A stretch of 64,000 bases of DNA from Methanotrichaceae archaeon (lineage in GTDB: Archaea; Halobacteriota; Methanosarcinia; Methanotrichales; Methanotrichaceae). Made by a program: the position numbers and the translations under genes. The stretch lies in contig CAWEXU010000013.1 of the NCBI GenBank assembly GCA_963813075.1, positions 32,001 through 96,000 of the forward strand, read 5' to 3'. Below, piece after piece: positions 30,831-40,738 of this stretch; position 1 is the first letter of the stretch, and every line of letters starts with the position of its first letter. The notes beneath the pieces are model-generated. The model was not told the origin of the DNA and searched no databases. It was given only the letters and a program-made list of their open reading frames with translations.

Positions 30831-31889
30831 TTACAGCTTCAGCGGCAGGAAGAAGAATGCCAGGCCCAGTATGCCATAGACCGCCAGGAGCATGGCTCCT
30901 TCCAGCCAGTTGGACTCCCATCCAGTGAGACGAGGGCAGAGATCATGGAGGCGGCGGTGAGGGCGATCAGCTCCAGCTGATTGAACTGCAGGGTCATCGG
31001 GCTGCCTAGAAGCAGTGAGGCAAATACCAGCACCGGGGTAACAAAGAGGGCGATCTGCAGGCTGGAGCCGAGAGCAATGGAAAGCGACAGGTCCATCTTG
31101 TTCTCCATAGCCGCCTGGACGGAGACCAGGTGCTCGGCCACATTTCCGATGATGGGAACGATTATAATGCCTACGAAAAACGGCGTCAGGCCCAGGGTAT
31201 CGGTGACCGCCTCCACCGACGATACCAGCAATTCGCTCATCAGGGCGATGCCGGCCATGGCCAGGCCCATGATGACCAGAGATTTGCCCGAGCTCCAGGC
31301 ATGCACCGGCAGAGCCTCTCTGACCGTTACCGCATCGCACCTTCTCTCGAGTGCAGCTTCTCAGGGTATAGATCACAAAGAGAATGTACAGGATGAGCAT
31401 GGTGGCGGCGGTGGTCAGGCTAAGCTCTTCCACCCTCACAGAGTCTGCGATGTATAGGCTGAACAGAGATGGGACGGTCATGGCGATCAGCGCCAGGATG
31501 GTCATGGTGGCATCGATATCCACATCACGGCGGTCGAACATCTGTCTGCCGTTCTTGAGGCCGCCGAAGAGCATGGCAAAGCCCAGCACCAGGAGGAGAT
31601 TTCCCAGAATCGAGCCGGTGAGTGAGGCCAAGACCAGCTGGATCTGGCCGGCACGGATGGCAGAAAGGGTGATTATCAGCTCGGCGGCATTCCCGAAGGT
31701 GGCATTGAGAAGTCCTCCTATGCGCGGGCCGGACTTGTCGGCCAAAACCTCGGTCGCCTCGCCCAGCAGCTTTGCCAGGGGGATTATGGCCAGGGCTGAG
31801 GTGGCAAAGATGGCAATTCCGCTTATCCCGGCCAGATGAGCCAGCAGGGCGACCGGCAAGAAGATGAGGAGCAGTAGCAGTCCGCGCAT
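30831..31889 (-). CDS. cax: Ca2+/H+ exchanger (CAX family), compensating frameshifts
   Basis: LLNATFGNAAELII, GSILGNLLLVLG, and in the alternate frame PIIGNVAEH / GSSLQIALFVTP; SNWLEG. Confidence 0.9.
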   Translation of the reverse strand: MRGLLLLLIFLPVALLAHLAGISGIAIFATSALAIIPLAKLLGEATEVLADKSGPRIGGLLNATFGNAAELIITLSAIRAGQIQLVLASLTGSILGNLLLVLGFAMLFGGLKNGRQMFDRRDVDIDATMTILALIAMTVPSLFSLYIADSVRVEELSLTTAATMLILYILFVIYTLRSCTREKVRCGNGQRGSAGACLELGQISGHHGPGHGRHRPDERIAGIVGGGGHRYPGPDAVFRRHYNRSHHRKCGRAPGLRPGGYGEQDGPVAFHCSRLQPADRPLCYPGAGICLTASRQPDDPAVQSAGADRPHRRLHDLCPRLTGWESNWLEGAMLLAVYGILGLAFFFLPLKL

Positions 31890-31925
31890 TGGATGGCCTC
31901 TATATTGTGGCTAGGATTTCAGCGT

Positions 31926-32399
31926 TCACTCTTGAGAGATCACAATATCCTGGGACTTACTTGCGTCCATCCTCATTGGAATATCCAGATTGGCTTTGAC
32001 CATCCAGCGTATGGGCTTCTGTCCCGTGGTCATCTCGGCCAGAATCGAGCCCAGGCCTCCCAGCTTCTTCTCCAGCTCCTTATGAATCATTGTTCCGGGC
32101 GTATTCATCTTCAATATGTCCGACTGAATCTTTATCTCAAATGGGTATCTCTCACTGTAATACTCTTTTTCTCCATCAAGCGGCAGCTCGAACTCATAGA
32201 CGGTCTCATCCCGAGTTTCCAGATCCCCATCAATGTCCCTTCTAGTGCTTTTCATCTTTCCAAGGAGGGCTACCACCAGCTTTCGCGCTTTTGTAGGTTT
32301 GTCAAGCTTCAACTGTACCGTTCCCCTGATGACATCATCCGGCCTGTAATTAGCCTCTTCCAGCTCCAATGACATCCTGTCTGGTCCTAACAGCCCCAT
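31926..32399 (-). CDS. Arrestin-N/SpoOM-like beta-sandwich protein
   Basis: YRPDDVIRGTVQL, YPFEIKI, IRWMVKANLDIP. Confidence 0.6.
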   Translation of the reverse strand: MGLLGPDRMSLELEEANYRPDDVIRGTVQLKLDKPTKARKLVVALLGKMKSTRRDIDGDLETRDETVYEFELPLDGEKEYYSERYPFEIKIQSDILKMNTPGTMIHKELEKKLGGLGSILAEMTTGQKPIRWMVKANLDIPMRMDASKSQDIVISQE

Positions 32400-32535
32400 T
32401 GGGCATTCCTCCTGATATTTTCCAGTAATAAATAAGGGCTGCTTTTAGAGTAAAAAAGTTTCTTCGCTTGCAGATCTGCTTTCTGCATACTCTTCTTTTG
32501 ATTCTGATTATTATCTCACCTAAATCGATCCGGCT

Positions 32536-33153
32536 TCATCTATTCAGGGCAAACCGGATCCTCTGCAGGGCAGTGGCATTGGCCAGGAGCGCGGTCAGTA
32601 CAATAATCATCATCAGCCACTGGATATTGAACAGGCCCAGAAACATCCCGAAATATAGCAGCATGAGCCTCTCCAGCCTTTCCAGGAGCCCGCCCATCCT
32701 CTTCAGCTCTCCGGCGTCCTTCACAATCCCCCGGTGGTCGGCATAGGCCCGGACAAAGCTGGTCATGAGGCCGCCGAATACCAGGATCACAATCCAGGCC
32801 TCATTGGGAAGGCCTAAAAACTCCCCCCTGCCCACATAAATGAGCAGCCCCAGGTAGAGCAACAGCTCCACATACCGGTCCACCACCCCATCGATGAACG
32901 CCCCCTTGTCTGTGACCTGATTGGTGACCCGGGCTACCGTCCCGTCCACGATATCGATGAAAGCTGACAGGGCGAACATGGCCAGGCCCAGGGCGAGCTG
33001 GTGCATAACCAGGGCTGCCAGGCCTGCCAGCGCCGGCACGAGGGAGATGAGGGTCCAGGCATTGGGGCTGAGCCCTATTGCTGCCAGGCCTCCTGCCAGG
33101 CGGTCGGTCTTCTCCGATCGAAGGGTGGCTTTGAGCATATCTATTTTCCTCAC
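32536..33153 (-). CDS. CDP-alcohol phosphatidyltransferase
   Basis: DIVDGTVAR...GAFIDGVVD signature. Confidence 0.92.
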   Translation of the reverse strand: MRKIDMLKATLRSEKTDRLAGGLAAIGLSPNAWTLISLVPALAGLAALVMHQLALGLAMFALSAFIDIVDGTVARVTNQVTDKGAFIDGVVDRYVELLLYLGLLIYVGRGEFLGLPNEAWIVILVFGGLMTSFVRAYADHRGIVKDAGELKRMGGLLERLERLMLLYFGMFLGLFNIQWLMMIIVLTALLANATALQRIRFALNR

Positions 33154-34358
33154 AGGCTCTTGATAAATATCTCCATCCGGTCCAAAGCCTCTATCAGCTC
33201 TTCTCTGCTGGTGGCATAGCTGCAGCGAAGGAATCCCTCTCCGCTCTCGCCGAAGACATTGCCCGGGACCACCGCCACCTTCTGCTCGTATAATAGCCTT
33301 TCCGCAAACTCCTCGGAGGAGAGGCCGAACCTCTGGATAGAGGGGAAGGCATAAAACGCTCCCTTGGGCTCGAAGCAGTCCAGGCCTATGCGGTTAAGCC
33401 CCGAGACGAAAAAGCGCCTGCGCAGGTCGTACTCATGCTTCATATGCAGCATCTCATCCTCGCCCTTCTGCATGGCCTCAAGAGCTGCCACCTGGGCCAT
33501 GGTGGGGGCGCAGAGCATGGTGTACTGATGGATCTTGGTCATGGCCCCGACCAGCGCCGGGTCTCCCATCGCATAGCCTATCCGCCAGCCGGTCATGGCA
33601 TGCGACTTGGAAAGGCCATTTAAGATGATGGTCCTCTCCTTCATCCCCTCCAGCTGGGCGAAGCTGGTGTGGCTTCCAGAATAAGATAATTCTGCATAGA
33701 CCTCATCGGATATCACTATCAGGTCGTTTTCCACCACCACATCCGCCAGCTCCTCCAGGTCCGAGCGGGTCATTATCGCCCCGGTGGGATTGTTGGGATA
33801 GCTCAATAGAAGGCTGCGGGTCTTTTCGGTCACCGCCCGGGCGATATCCTCCGGCTGGACCCGGAACTCGTTCTCCAGGCAGGTGGGAACCGTCTTTGGC
33901 ACCCCACCGGTCAGGATGATGTCCGGGGTGTAAGCCACATAGCAGGGCTCGGGCACTATCGCCTCCTCGCCGGGGTTCAGCGTCGCCCGGAAGGCCAGGT
34001 CCACCGCCTCGCTCACCCCGGTGGTGATGAGGATCTCCTCATTGCAGTCGTAGTCGATCCCCATACTCCTGCTGACCTCTTGGCAGATGGCCTCCCTCAG
34101 CTCAGGCATGCCCTTGTTGGAGGTGTAGTGGGTGTTTCCCAGCTCCAGGGAGTAGATGCAGGCCTCCCGTACATGCCAGGGGGTGACAAAGTCGGGCTCG
34201 CCCACCCCCAGGGAGATCGCTCCTTTCATCTCGCTGACCAGGTCGAAGAACTTGCGTATCCCCGAGGGGGGCATATCTCTTACCGACCGATTGATGTGAC
34301 CTTCAGCATTCCAGGGGGGGACATTCTCGAGTCTCTGCTTTTTTGTCTGCTGCTTCAT
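33150..34358 (-). CDS. Class I/II PLP aminotransferase
   Basis: SLGVGEPDF, YPNNPTG, SDEVY, SKSHAMTGWRIG. Confidence 0.95.
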   Translation of the reverse strand: MKQQTKKQRLENVPPWNAEGHINRSVRDMPPSGIRKFFDLVSEMKGAISLGVGEPDFVTPWHVREACIYSLELGNTHYTSNKGMPELREAICQEVSRSMGIDYDCNEEILITTGVSEAVDLAFRATLNPGEEAIVPEPCYVAYTPDIILTGGVPKTVPTCLENEFRVQPEDIARAVTEKTRSLLLSYPNNPTGAIMTRSDLEELADVVVENDLIVISDEVYAELSYSGSHTSFAQLEGMKERTIILNGLSKSHAMTGWRIGYAMGDPALVGAMTKIHQYTMLCAPTMAQVAALEAMQKGEDEMLHMKHEYDLRRRFFVSGLNRIGLDCFEPKGAFYAFPSIQRFGLSSEEFAERLLYEQKVAVVPGNVFGESGEGFLRCSYATSREELIEALDRMEIFIKSL

Positions 34359-34834
34359 GGAGTTATCACCAATCTCTCCGGCTTTGGTTGCTCTGTTAGG
34401 ATGGCCCCATGCTCCTTATAGCTCTTGAGGATGAAATGGGTGCATGTGGACTGGACGCCATCCAGGGGGGCGATCTTTTCCGCCACAAAGTAGGCGATAT
34501 CCTTCATGGATTTGCCCCGCACGGTGACGGATAGGTCATGGCCCCCGGAGATCAGCCGCACCGACTCCACCTCCGAGAACCTGGCGATCCTCTCTGCCAC
34601 GGCATCATAGCCCGTCTTTCTCTGCAGCGCTACCTTCAGCTCCAGGACGGCGAAGACGACGCTCTGGTCGAGCTTCTCCCAGTTGATCAGAGTGATGTAC
34701 TTTCTGATTATGCCGGCATTCTCCATCACTTTGATCTCCCGCGCCACCTCCTCTTCGGATTTGCCCAACAGCGCTGCGATCTCGGAAGGTGTTGCCTTGG
34801 CGTTTTCGTAAAGGATCTCCAAAATCTCGTGCAT
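34355..34834 (-). CDS. Lrp/AsnC transcriptional regulator
   Basis: N-terminal HTH and RAM domain; coupled to the aminotransferase. Confidence 0.9.
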   Translation of the reverse strand: MHEILEILYENAKATPSEIAALLGKSEEEVAREIKVMENAGIIRKYITLINWEKLDQSVVFAVLELKVALQRKTGYDAVAERIARFSEVESVRLISGGHDLSVTVRGKSMKDIAYFVAEKIAPLDGVQSTCTHFILKSYKEHGAILTEQPKPERLVITP

Positions 34835-34947
34835 GAAATTCTTTCTTTACCCTCTCCATTCAATTAAAGGCTTTGCGCTTGTGGCCATAATAGGGATAAT
34901 CATATACAATCGAAAGTTATTAATACTCTTATTACAACTGTATTAAT

Positions 34948-35064
34948 ATGAAACAAATGAAATGCCCCAAGTGCCATTATGCATGGGAGACGAGGGTGAC
35001 CAGACCTAAGGCCTGTCCCAGGTGCAAGACCAGGCTTGATGTGAAGAAGGCGAGGAAGGCCTAA
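34948..35064 (+). CDS. 38-aa zinc-ribbon microprotein (absent from ORF track)
   Basis: MKQMKCPKCHYAWETRVTRPKACPRCKTRLDVKKARKA; two CPxC motifs; TATA-like TTATTAATA upstream. Confidence 0.75.
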   Translation: MKQMKCPKCHYAWETRVTRPKACPRCKTRLDVKKARKA

Positions 35065-35259
35065 ATTATTATTCTGGCCCTAATATCGATATCTTCGGCC
35101 CAAAATGCCGCTCGCAAAACCGGGCCTTTGCCCCTATATTTTTGTCCCGAATGATTGGGTCCTAAGGAATGTGATTGGAAATCTGAATCTTTAGCTTTTC
35201 TTTACCGTTCTAATTATTTTAAGAAAAAGTCCTCTTGACTTCGTAAAATTTTAAAGAAA

Positions 35260-35334
35260 AGCCCCGAGCGTGATTCGAACACGCGACCTATTGATTACAA
35301 GTCAATCGCTCTGGACCAGCTGAGCTACCGAGGC
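35260..35334 (-). tRNA. tRNA-Thr(UGU)
   Basis: Reverse complement GCCTCGGTAGCTCAG...GACTTGTAATC...GTTCGAATC...CGGGGCT cloverleaf. Confidence 0.95.
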
Positions 35335-35345
35335 ACAAGGTCCGG

Positions 35346-36198
35346 TTATTTTTCATCATCACTTAAAGGCTTTGCTCTCGATCTTCCGGATCGATCCGTT
35401 TTCTCTAAATCTAACTTCTCCAGGCTGCGCAGCAGGGAATATTTCGTTCCCGGGTGGCGGGAATCAAAGCGGGACAGCTGCCTATACGCCTCCTTATACA
35501 TCCCGTCCTCCATCTCAATCTCGGTGAAACACAGGCCATGCTGCAGGGCATAAAGCCGAACCTCCTTGCCCGGTATGCGTCGCAGCGGCTGGATGGTGGG
35601 GATTGTCCCCTCTTTTTCCTTTAGCCGCCTCATCTCAGGCAGCCCATCTAGCAGGCCACCTATGTTCCCCTCCAGGTAGCACATGAATATCCTCGTGGCC
35701 TTGTCATCCAGGTCACAACCGGTGGCTATAGCGTCCGCCCCGATCCTTTGCGCGAGGCCGGCGATCATCCACTCTTTTTGAGCCGTTCTGCCTGTATCCG
35801 GAGTAGGACTCGATCGTCTCCCTCCCCGCCACAGGAAATGCAGGCAGGCTCTCTCTTGCCATCCGGATCCCCAGCTGTTCGGCGGCAGTCCTGGCCGCCT
35901 TCGCCCCAGGGCCCTGGTCATCGAGGATCAGGGCGACAAGGTCGATATCCCTTCTGCGCGCGAACAGGTTCTTGATAATGCTGGCCATGACGGCGCTGCC
36001 CTTTCCTCCGTCCATATACAGAGCCAGTCGCAGGCCATGACCAAATAGCCCAGTCTGGCGCATGGTCTCCCTCACCTTGCGCTGGACGTCATCATTAAAG
36101 TGAGCGGGGCATAAGTGCATTCCGGAGTACTTCTGATAGATTACGGCAGGCATGGGGCATTTGCAGCATCTGGTCATTTCATCCACTTCTTTGATCAT
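35346..36198 (-). CDS. TtuA/Ncs6-like tRNA thiolation family protein (frameshifted, diverged)
   Basis: CCKC...YSGMHLCPAH, PP-loop-like DGGKGS, IATGCDLDD, QPLRRIP, HPGTKYSLL. Confidence 0.7.
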
Positions 36199-37232
36199 GC
36201 TATTTTGAACCTGAGCAGTGCCGCCACTCCACCCAAAGATTCCAGCCTGTCTCCGGGCTCGAACTCCGAGCTGAATATGACCACCTTGCCGCGGGCATTT
36301 CCCACCTCGCGCATGATTTCATCCACCCTCCCCCGGCGGGCGAGGTCGTCCAGCACCAGCAGGGTCTCGATGGCTCCATAATTCATCGCCTTCTGGACCT
36401 CGGCGGTGCCGTAGGCCGCTTTGCCGTCCGTGGCGATCTCTCTGAATAGATCCTCGATCAGCTTTGCCTCCCTGGCAATGCGGCTGGACTCAAGGACGCT
36501 CTTGACTGCTCCCCGGCGGAGCACCTCCTGAAAGCCCGATCTGCCGATGGAAGAGGCATCGTCCATGGCGACTCTTTCCCTGAGATCCGGGTAAGAGGAG
36601 TCGATCACTTTTTTCAGGTCGTCTTTGGTAAATCCCGGCCCCGCGAGGATCACGTCCGCTCCCCCCTGGGCGGTTTTGTCGATGGCCTCCGCTACCTCTC
36701 TCATGAATGAGGCCCGTGTGTCCTCGCCGCTCCCTTTGCCGCTGCTCATGCGAATCTCCGCTGCCATCTGCACCCCGAACTGGCGGAGAATGCCGATGGT
36801 GGCCTCGCCCTCCTCCACCAGGGCCAGCACCACCCTGGGCCGTTGCGACTCTTTCACCGCCTCATCGATGCGCGCAAGGAGGTCCGGCCTCCAGTGGTAC
36901 TTGAGTATGGACAGGTCGGTTCCCACCTCGATATTCAGGGTGTGGTATGAGCCCACATCCATGCCCGATATTATGCGTCCGTGTAGCCGCAGCCAGTTGG
37001 AGTACATATGAAACTCGATATCCTCTATCTTGACCCCCAGGCGCACCGTCTTTCTCTCCATCTTCTCCGGCCGGGCCTTGTCAGCAATCGCCGGGACCTT
37101 CCTGTGGCTCAGGGCGAATACCAGGTCCCCCCTTTCCACCAGGTGGCGCAGGTGCCACAGGTCATCCAGGGACTCGGGAAGAAGGGCGACTTCCCCCTCC
37201 TCACCGCGCAGATCTTTCTTCAGGACGCGCAT
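36195..37232 (-). CDS. pelA: mRNA surveillance protein Pelota
   Basis: PESLDDLWHL, LRLHG, GSYHT, ILAGPGF, LGGVAALLRF. Confidence 0.95.
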   Translation of the reverse strand: MRVLKKDLRGEEGEVALLPESLDDLWHLRHLVERGDLVFALSHRKVPAIADKARPEKMERKTVRLGVKIEDIEFHMYSNWLRLHGRIISGMDVGSYHTLNIEVGTDLSILKYHWRPDLLARIDEAVKESQRPRVVLALVEEGEATIGILRQFGVQMAAEIRMSSGKGSGEDTRASFMREVAEAIDKTAQGGADVILAGPGFTKDDLKKVIDSSYPDLRERVAMDDASSIGRSGFQEVLRRGAVKSVLESSRIAREAKLIEDLFREIATDGKAAYGTAEVQKAMNYGAIETLLVLDDLARRGRVDEIMREVGNARGKVVIFSSEFEPGDRLESLGGVAALLRFKIA

Positions 37233-37289
37233 GGAATATGCTTTCAGATCAAAAGGCTTAAATCATTGTGCATCCAGGGTGGTGGTCGA

Positions 37290-37377
37290 GCCGCCATAAC
37301 TCAGTTGGTAGAGTGTCTGGCTGTTAATTGAATAAGCAGCAACCAGAATGTCACAGGTTCGAGCCCTGTTGGCGGCG
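37290..37377 (+). tRNA. tRNA-Asn(GUU) with 15-nt intron at 37/38 (37327-37341)
   Basis: GCCGCCA acceptor stem; TCTGGCTGTTA|ATTGAATAAGCAGCA|ACCAGA; GTTCGAG T-loop. Confidence 0.93.
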
Positions 37378-37386
37378 CATTCCTTC

Positions 37387-37461
37387 GGGCCTGTAGCTTA
37401 GTCCGGTTAGAGCGCTCGGCTCATAACCGAGTGGCCGCCGGTTCAAATCCGGCCAGGCCCA
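37387..37461 (+). tRNA. tRNA with CAU anticodon, probably tRNA-Ile2
   Basis: GGGCCTG acceptor stem resembles archaeal Ile tRNAs; loop CTCATAA; lacks the initiator A1-U72 pair. Confidence 0.88.
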
Positions 37462-37718
37462 TGTGGCAACCCAGATCCATTCTTTATGCTCTTTATTGGC
37501 AGTGTCTGCATGAGCATTTTTCTACTCATAATCCGAACAATAGCTTGCCAAGTTCAACCTGGGTGCACTAAAAGAACGAAAGCAGCTAACGGCAAGCAGG
37601 TAAATTTTCGAATACATGGGGCAGTGGATCAAACACGTAGAGTCACAGAGCGCCCAGAGGACGACAACCGCAGGGGGCTTCTCAAGATTGAATGGATGGA
37701 GAAAAGAAGATGAGCGTC

Positions 37719-40025
37719 TCAGCTCAGGGCTTTGGCTGCGCTCTTCCAGGCGGTGATCTTCTTCTCGGAGAGTCCCGTCTTGGCAGCGAGAGACTTCTCT
37801 TTGGCGCTCAGCAGGTCTTGGGATGTCCTGATCCCTGCCGCCGCCAGCTTCTCCAGGGTCTTGGGGCCTAATCCCGGCAGTCCGGCGAGCCCATCGCTCT
37901 TGCATTGGAGGCCTGCTAGCTTCTTCTTGGCACCTTTTGCTCCCTGCTGCTTTCTTGGCCGTCTTTTTGGCTGGCTTCGGTTTTGCCGCCTTTCCTTCTC
38001 CAGTCTCCTTGCCCTCGGCCAACTCCCGAGCCTTCCTCGCCTGCCACTCCAGGAAGTTGCAGTGGGGGCAGCCCAGGTCCCAGGGCCTCTTGCCCTTGTT
38101 TATGATGCGGATGTGGAACATGCCGTGCTCTTCGCACACCCTGTCCGTCACCAATACTGCTCCTGACCTGGGTAGGGGAAGGGTGAATCGGCATTCCGGA
38201 TAGCCGGAGCAGCCGATGAAGCGCGATCCTCTGTGGCCGCGCCTGATTATCAATTCGGATTTGCATTTCTCGCAGGTTCCCACGATCTTGTCCGTCCTCA
38301 GGCCGTCCTTTAGCGACTGGCCAATCCCCTCCTGGTTGCAGCTCAGCTCGTCAAAGACACTGGTGAGCATGACCCTGGACTCCTCTATCACCTCATCCTC
38401 CTTGATCTTCTGCTCGGAGATCTGGGTCATATCCTTCTCCAGGGTCTGGGTCATCTCCGGCTTGGTGATGGTGGGTGCGTACTTCTGCAATGTGTCCACC
38501 ACGGCATAAGCGGTGTTAGTGGGCCGCATGGGATTGCCCTGCACATAAGCGCGGGCATAGAGCTTGCTGATGATATCGTGGCGGGTGGACTTGGTCCCCA
38601 GGCCTAATTCATCCATCAGCTTGATCAGCTTCCCCTGGCCGTACCTGGCCGGAGGCTGGGTCTCCTTGGCCTCGACGTTGTGGCCTAAAACCCGCAGGCG
38701 TTCGCCCTCTTTCAGTTCAGGCAGGATGCGCTCTTCTGCTTTGCTGTAGGGATAGTAGTACCGCCACCCCGGCTCGACCAGTCGCGCCCCGCTGGCCCGG
38801 AAGGGCTCGGGACCGATGTCCACCTTTATGCTGGTGGCATCCCAGACGCAGGGCTCCGGCCAGGGTGGCGAAGAAGCGGCGCACCACCAGCTCGTAGATC
38901 CTCCACTGCTCTTCTTTCATCTCGCTTTTCTCGGCGAGAGCGGTTGGATAAATGGGAGGATGATCGGTGGTCGACCTCTTGCCCCGGGTGGGGACCATCT
39001 TTCCTCCGAGGAGTTTTTCTGCTTCTTTGGAGAATGGGCCTTTGGAGAAGAGGCGGGTGAGGGCGACCAGGTCGATGGAAGGAGGATAGACGGTATTGTC
39101 CGTCCTGGGGTAGGATATGAATCCGTTGATATAGAGCCATTCGGCTATCCGCATGGCGTTGGCTGCGGAAAAGCCAATGCCGCTGGCGGCGGAGATGAAG
39201 CTGGTGGTGTCAAAGGGAGCGGGCGGCTTTTCGACGCGCGGTTTAGTCTCGATGGAGCGGATGGTTCCCACCGGTCCCAGACGGGCCACAATTCCCTCCA
39301 CCTCATCCTTCTCCCAGATGCGGCCCCGTGGCATGCTGGACGCGCAGGTCCCTTTCCAGGTCGGCGTATATCTCCCAGTAGGGTTTGGGCACGAAGGACT
39401 GAATCTCCCTCTCCCGATCGACGATCAGGGCCAGGGTGGGCGACTGGACCCTGCCAACAGAGAGAAACTCTTTGCCCAGCCGGCCGGAGGTAAGAGATAT
39501 ATACCGGGTTAAGGCCGCCCCCCAGACCAGGTCAATGATCTGCCTGGCCTCTCCTGAGGCCGCCAGGTCGTAGTCCACTTTGCCCGCGTTCTTGAAGGCG
39601 TTGAGGATCTCATCCTTGACGATAGCGCTGTAGCGGACCCTTTCTTCCTTAAGGCGGGGGTTTGCCTCCTTTGCGATCTTCAGGGCTTCCACCCCGATCA
39701 GCTCGCCCTCCCGGTCGTAGTCCGTGGCCACAGTGATGCGATCGGCCTCCTTTCCCAGAGAGCGCAGGGCATTGACGATCTTGTCATTGAGGGGACGGAC
39801 GACTATCTCCGCCCGGATCAGCTCTTTGCAGTCCACCTTTTGCCAGTTGTTGTATCCGGGTGGATAGTCCACTCCCACGATGTGTCCGGAGAGGCCTAAG
39901 ACCACCTTATCACCGAACTTGAAGGCCTCAACACCTCCTATCCGGTAAGATCGGGGCTTGCTGCCCGACAGAATCTGGGCAATCCTCTTTGCAGCATCGT
40001 GCTTCTCTGCTATTATGAGATGCAT
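37719..40025 (-). CDS. topA: DNA topoisomerase I (type IA), frameshifted
   Basis: LIIAEK, ATDYDREGE, SVGRVQSPTL, ISYPRTD, LGTKSTR, zinc fingers and C-terminal HhH (GLGPKT) ending at TGA 37719. Confidence 0.93.
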
Positions 40026-40062
40026 TCCTCAAAGGCAAAACATGGCATCGATTTAAGTTTTT

Positions 40063-40104
40063 CTCTAAAAAGATCGCTCTAAAAAGATCGCTCTAAAAAG
40101 ATCG
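40063..40104. repeat. Perfect tandem repeat (CTCTAAAAAGATCG)x3
   Basis: Three exact 14-bp copies just upstream of the topA start. Confidence 0.95.
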
Positions 40105-40570
40105 CTTCAAAGTAGCTGAGCTACCTTCAGGGACGATTCCGTTTAATTAAATATCGAATTTTCGATGTCCAAGATTATCTACGACTGACATGATTATTCG
40201 ATAAATCCCAATTGTCCGTCTTTTGGCATTGACCAATAAAATCGCTTTTCACAGGACATTTCAATCCTCATAATGATCAATGCGTGTATATATTGAAATC
40301 CTGACTAAAATCAATTATTTTAAAAGTATATATCTATTTATCAATAATCAGAAATATTATCGTTCCTCTTTTAAGATCACTACCAGTCATCGCGATTTCC
40401 GAAAAGAAGAAAGGTTTCCTCCAAAGGGCTCAAGCTGGCCAGATGTCGAGAGGCATAGAATTGCACATTTAAAGGGATATTTTAGAATAAAAATTTATTT
40501 AAAAAATTTTTTGATTAAATCCTCTCAAAGGCCACAGATTCTTATAATATAATATGTAATAATAAACTCA

Positions 40571-40590
40571 CGCAAAACCTTTAAGTATAA
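40571..40590 (+). promoter_or_regulatory. Putative BRE-TATA promoter of the mcr operon
   Basis: CGCAAAAC-CTTTAAGTA about 150 nt before the mcrB GTG; AGGAGG SD just before the start. Confidence 0.55.
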
Positions 40591-40738
40591 ATGATGCATT
40601 GGGGAGGAAGGCGGGAGATTGTAACGAACTGAGATGATGCTGGGTATGATACCTTTTAGACTTGGCTGTCATGCCATCGCTCCAGTGTTATCCTTCGTTT
40701 CGGTCTGGCTGCTAAAAAGGTAAAGGAGGATAAAGAAC

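Noticed and set aside
37522..37718. C-terminal extension of the topA ORF to 37522
   Set aside because: Out-of-frame read-through after an indel; the HhH-containing frame stops at 37719.
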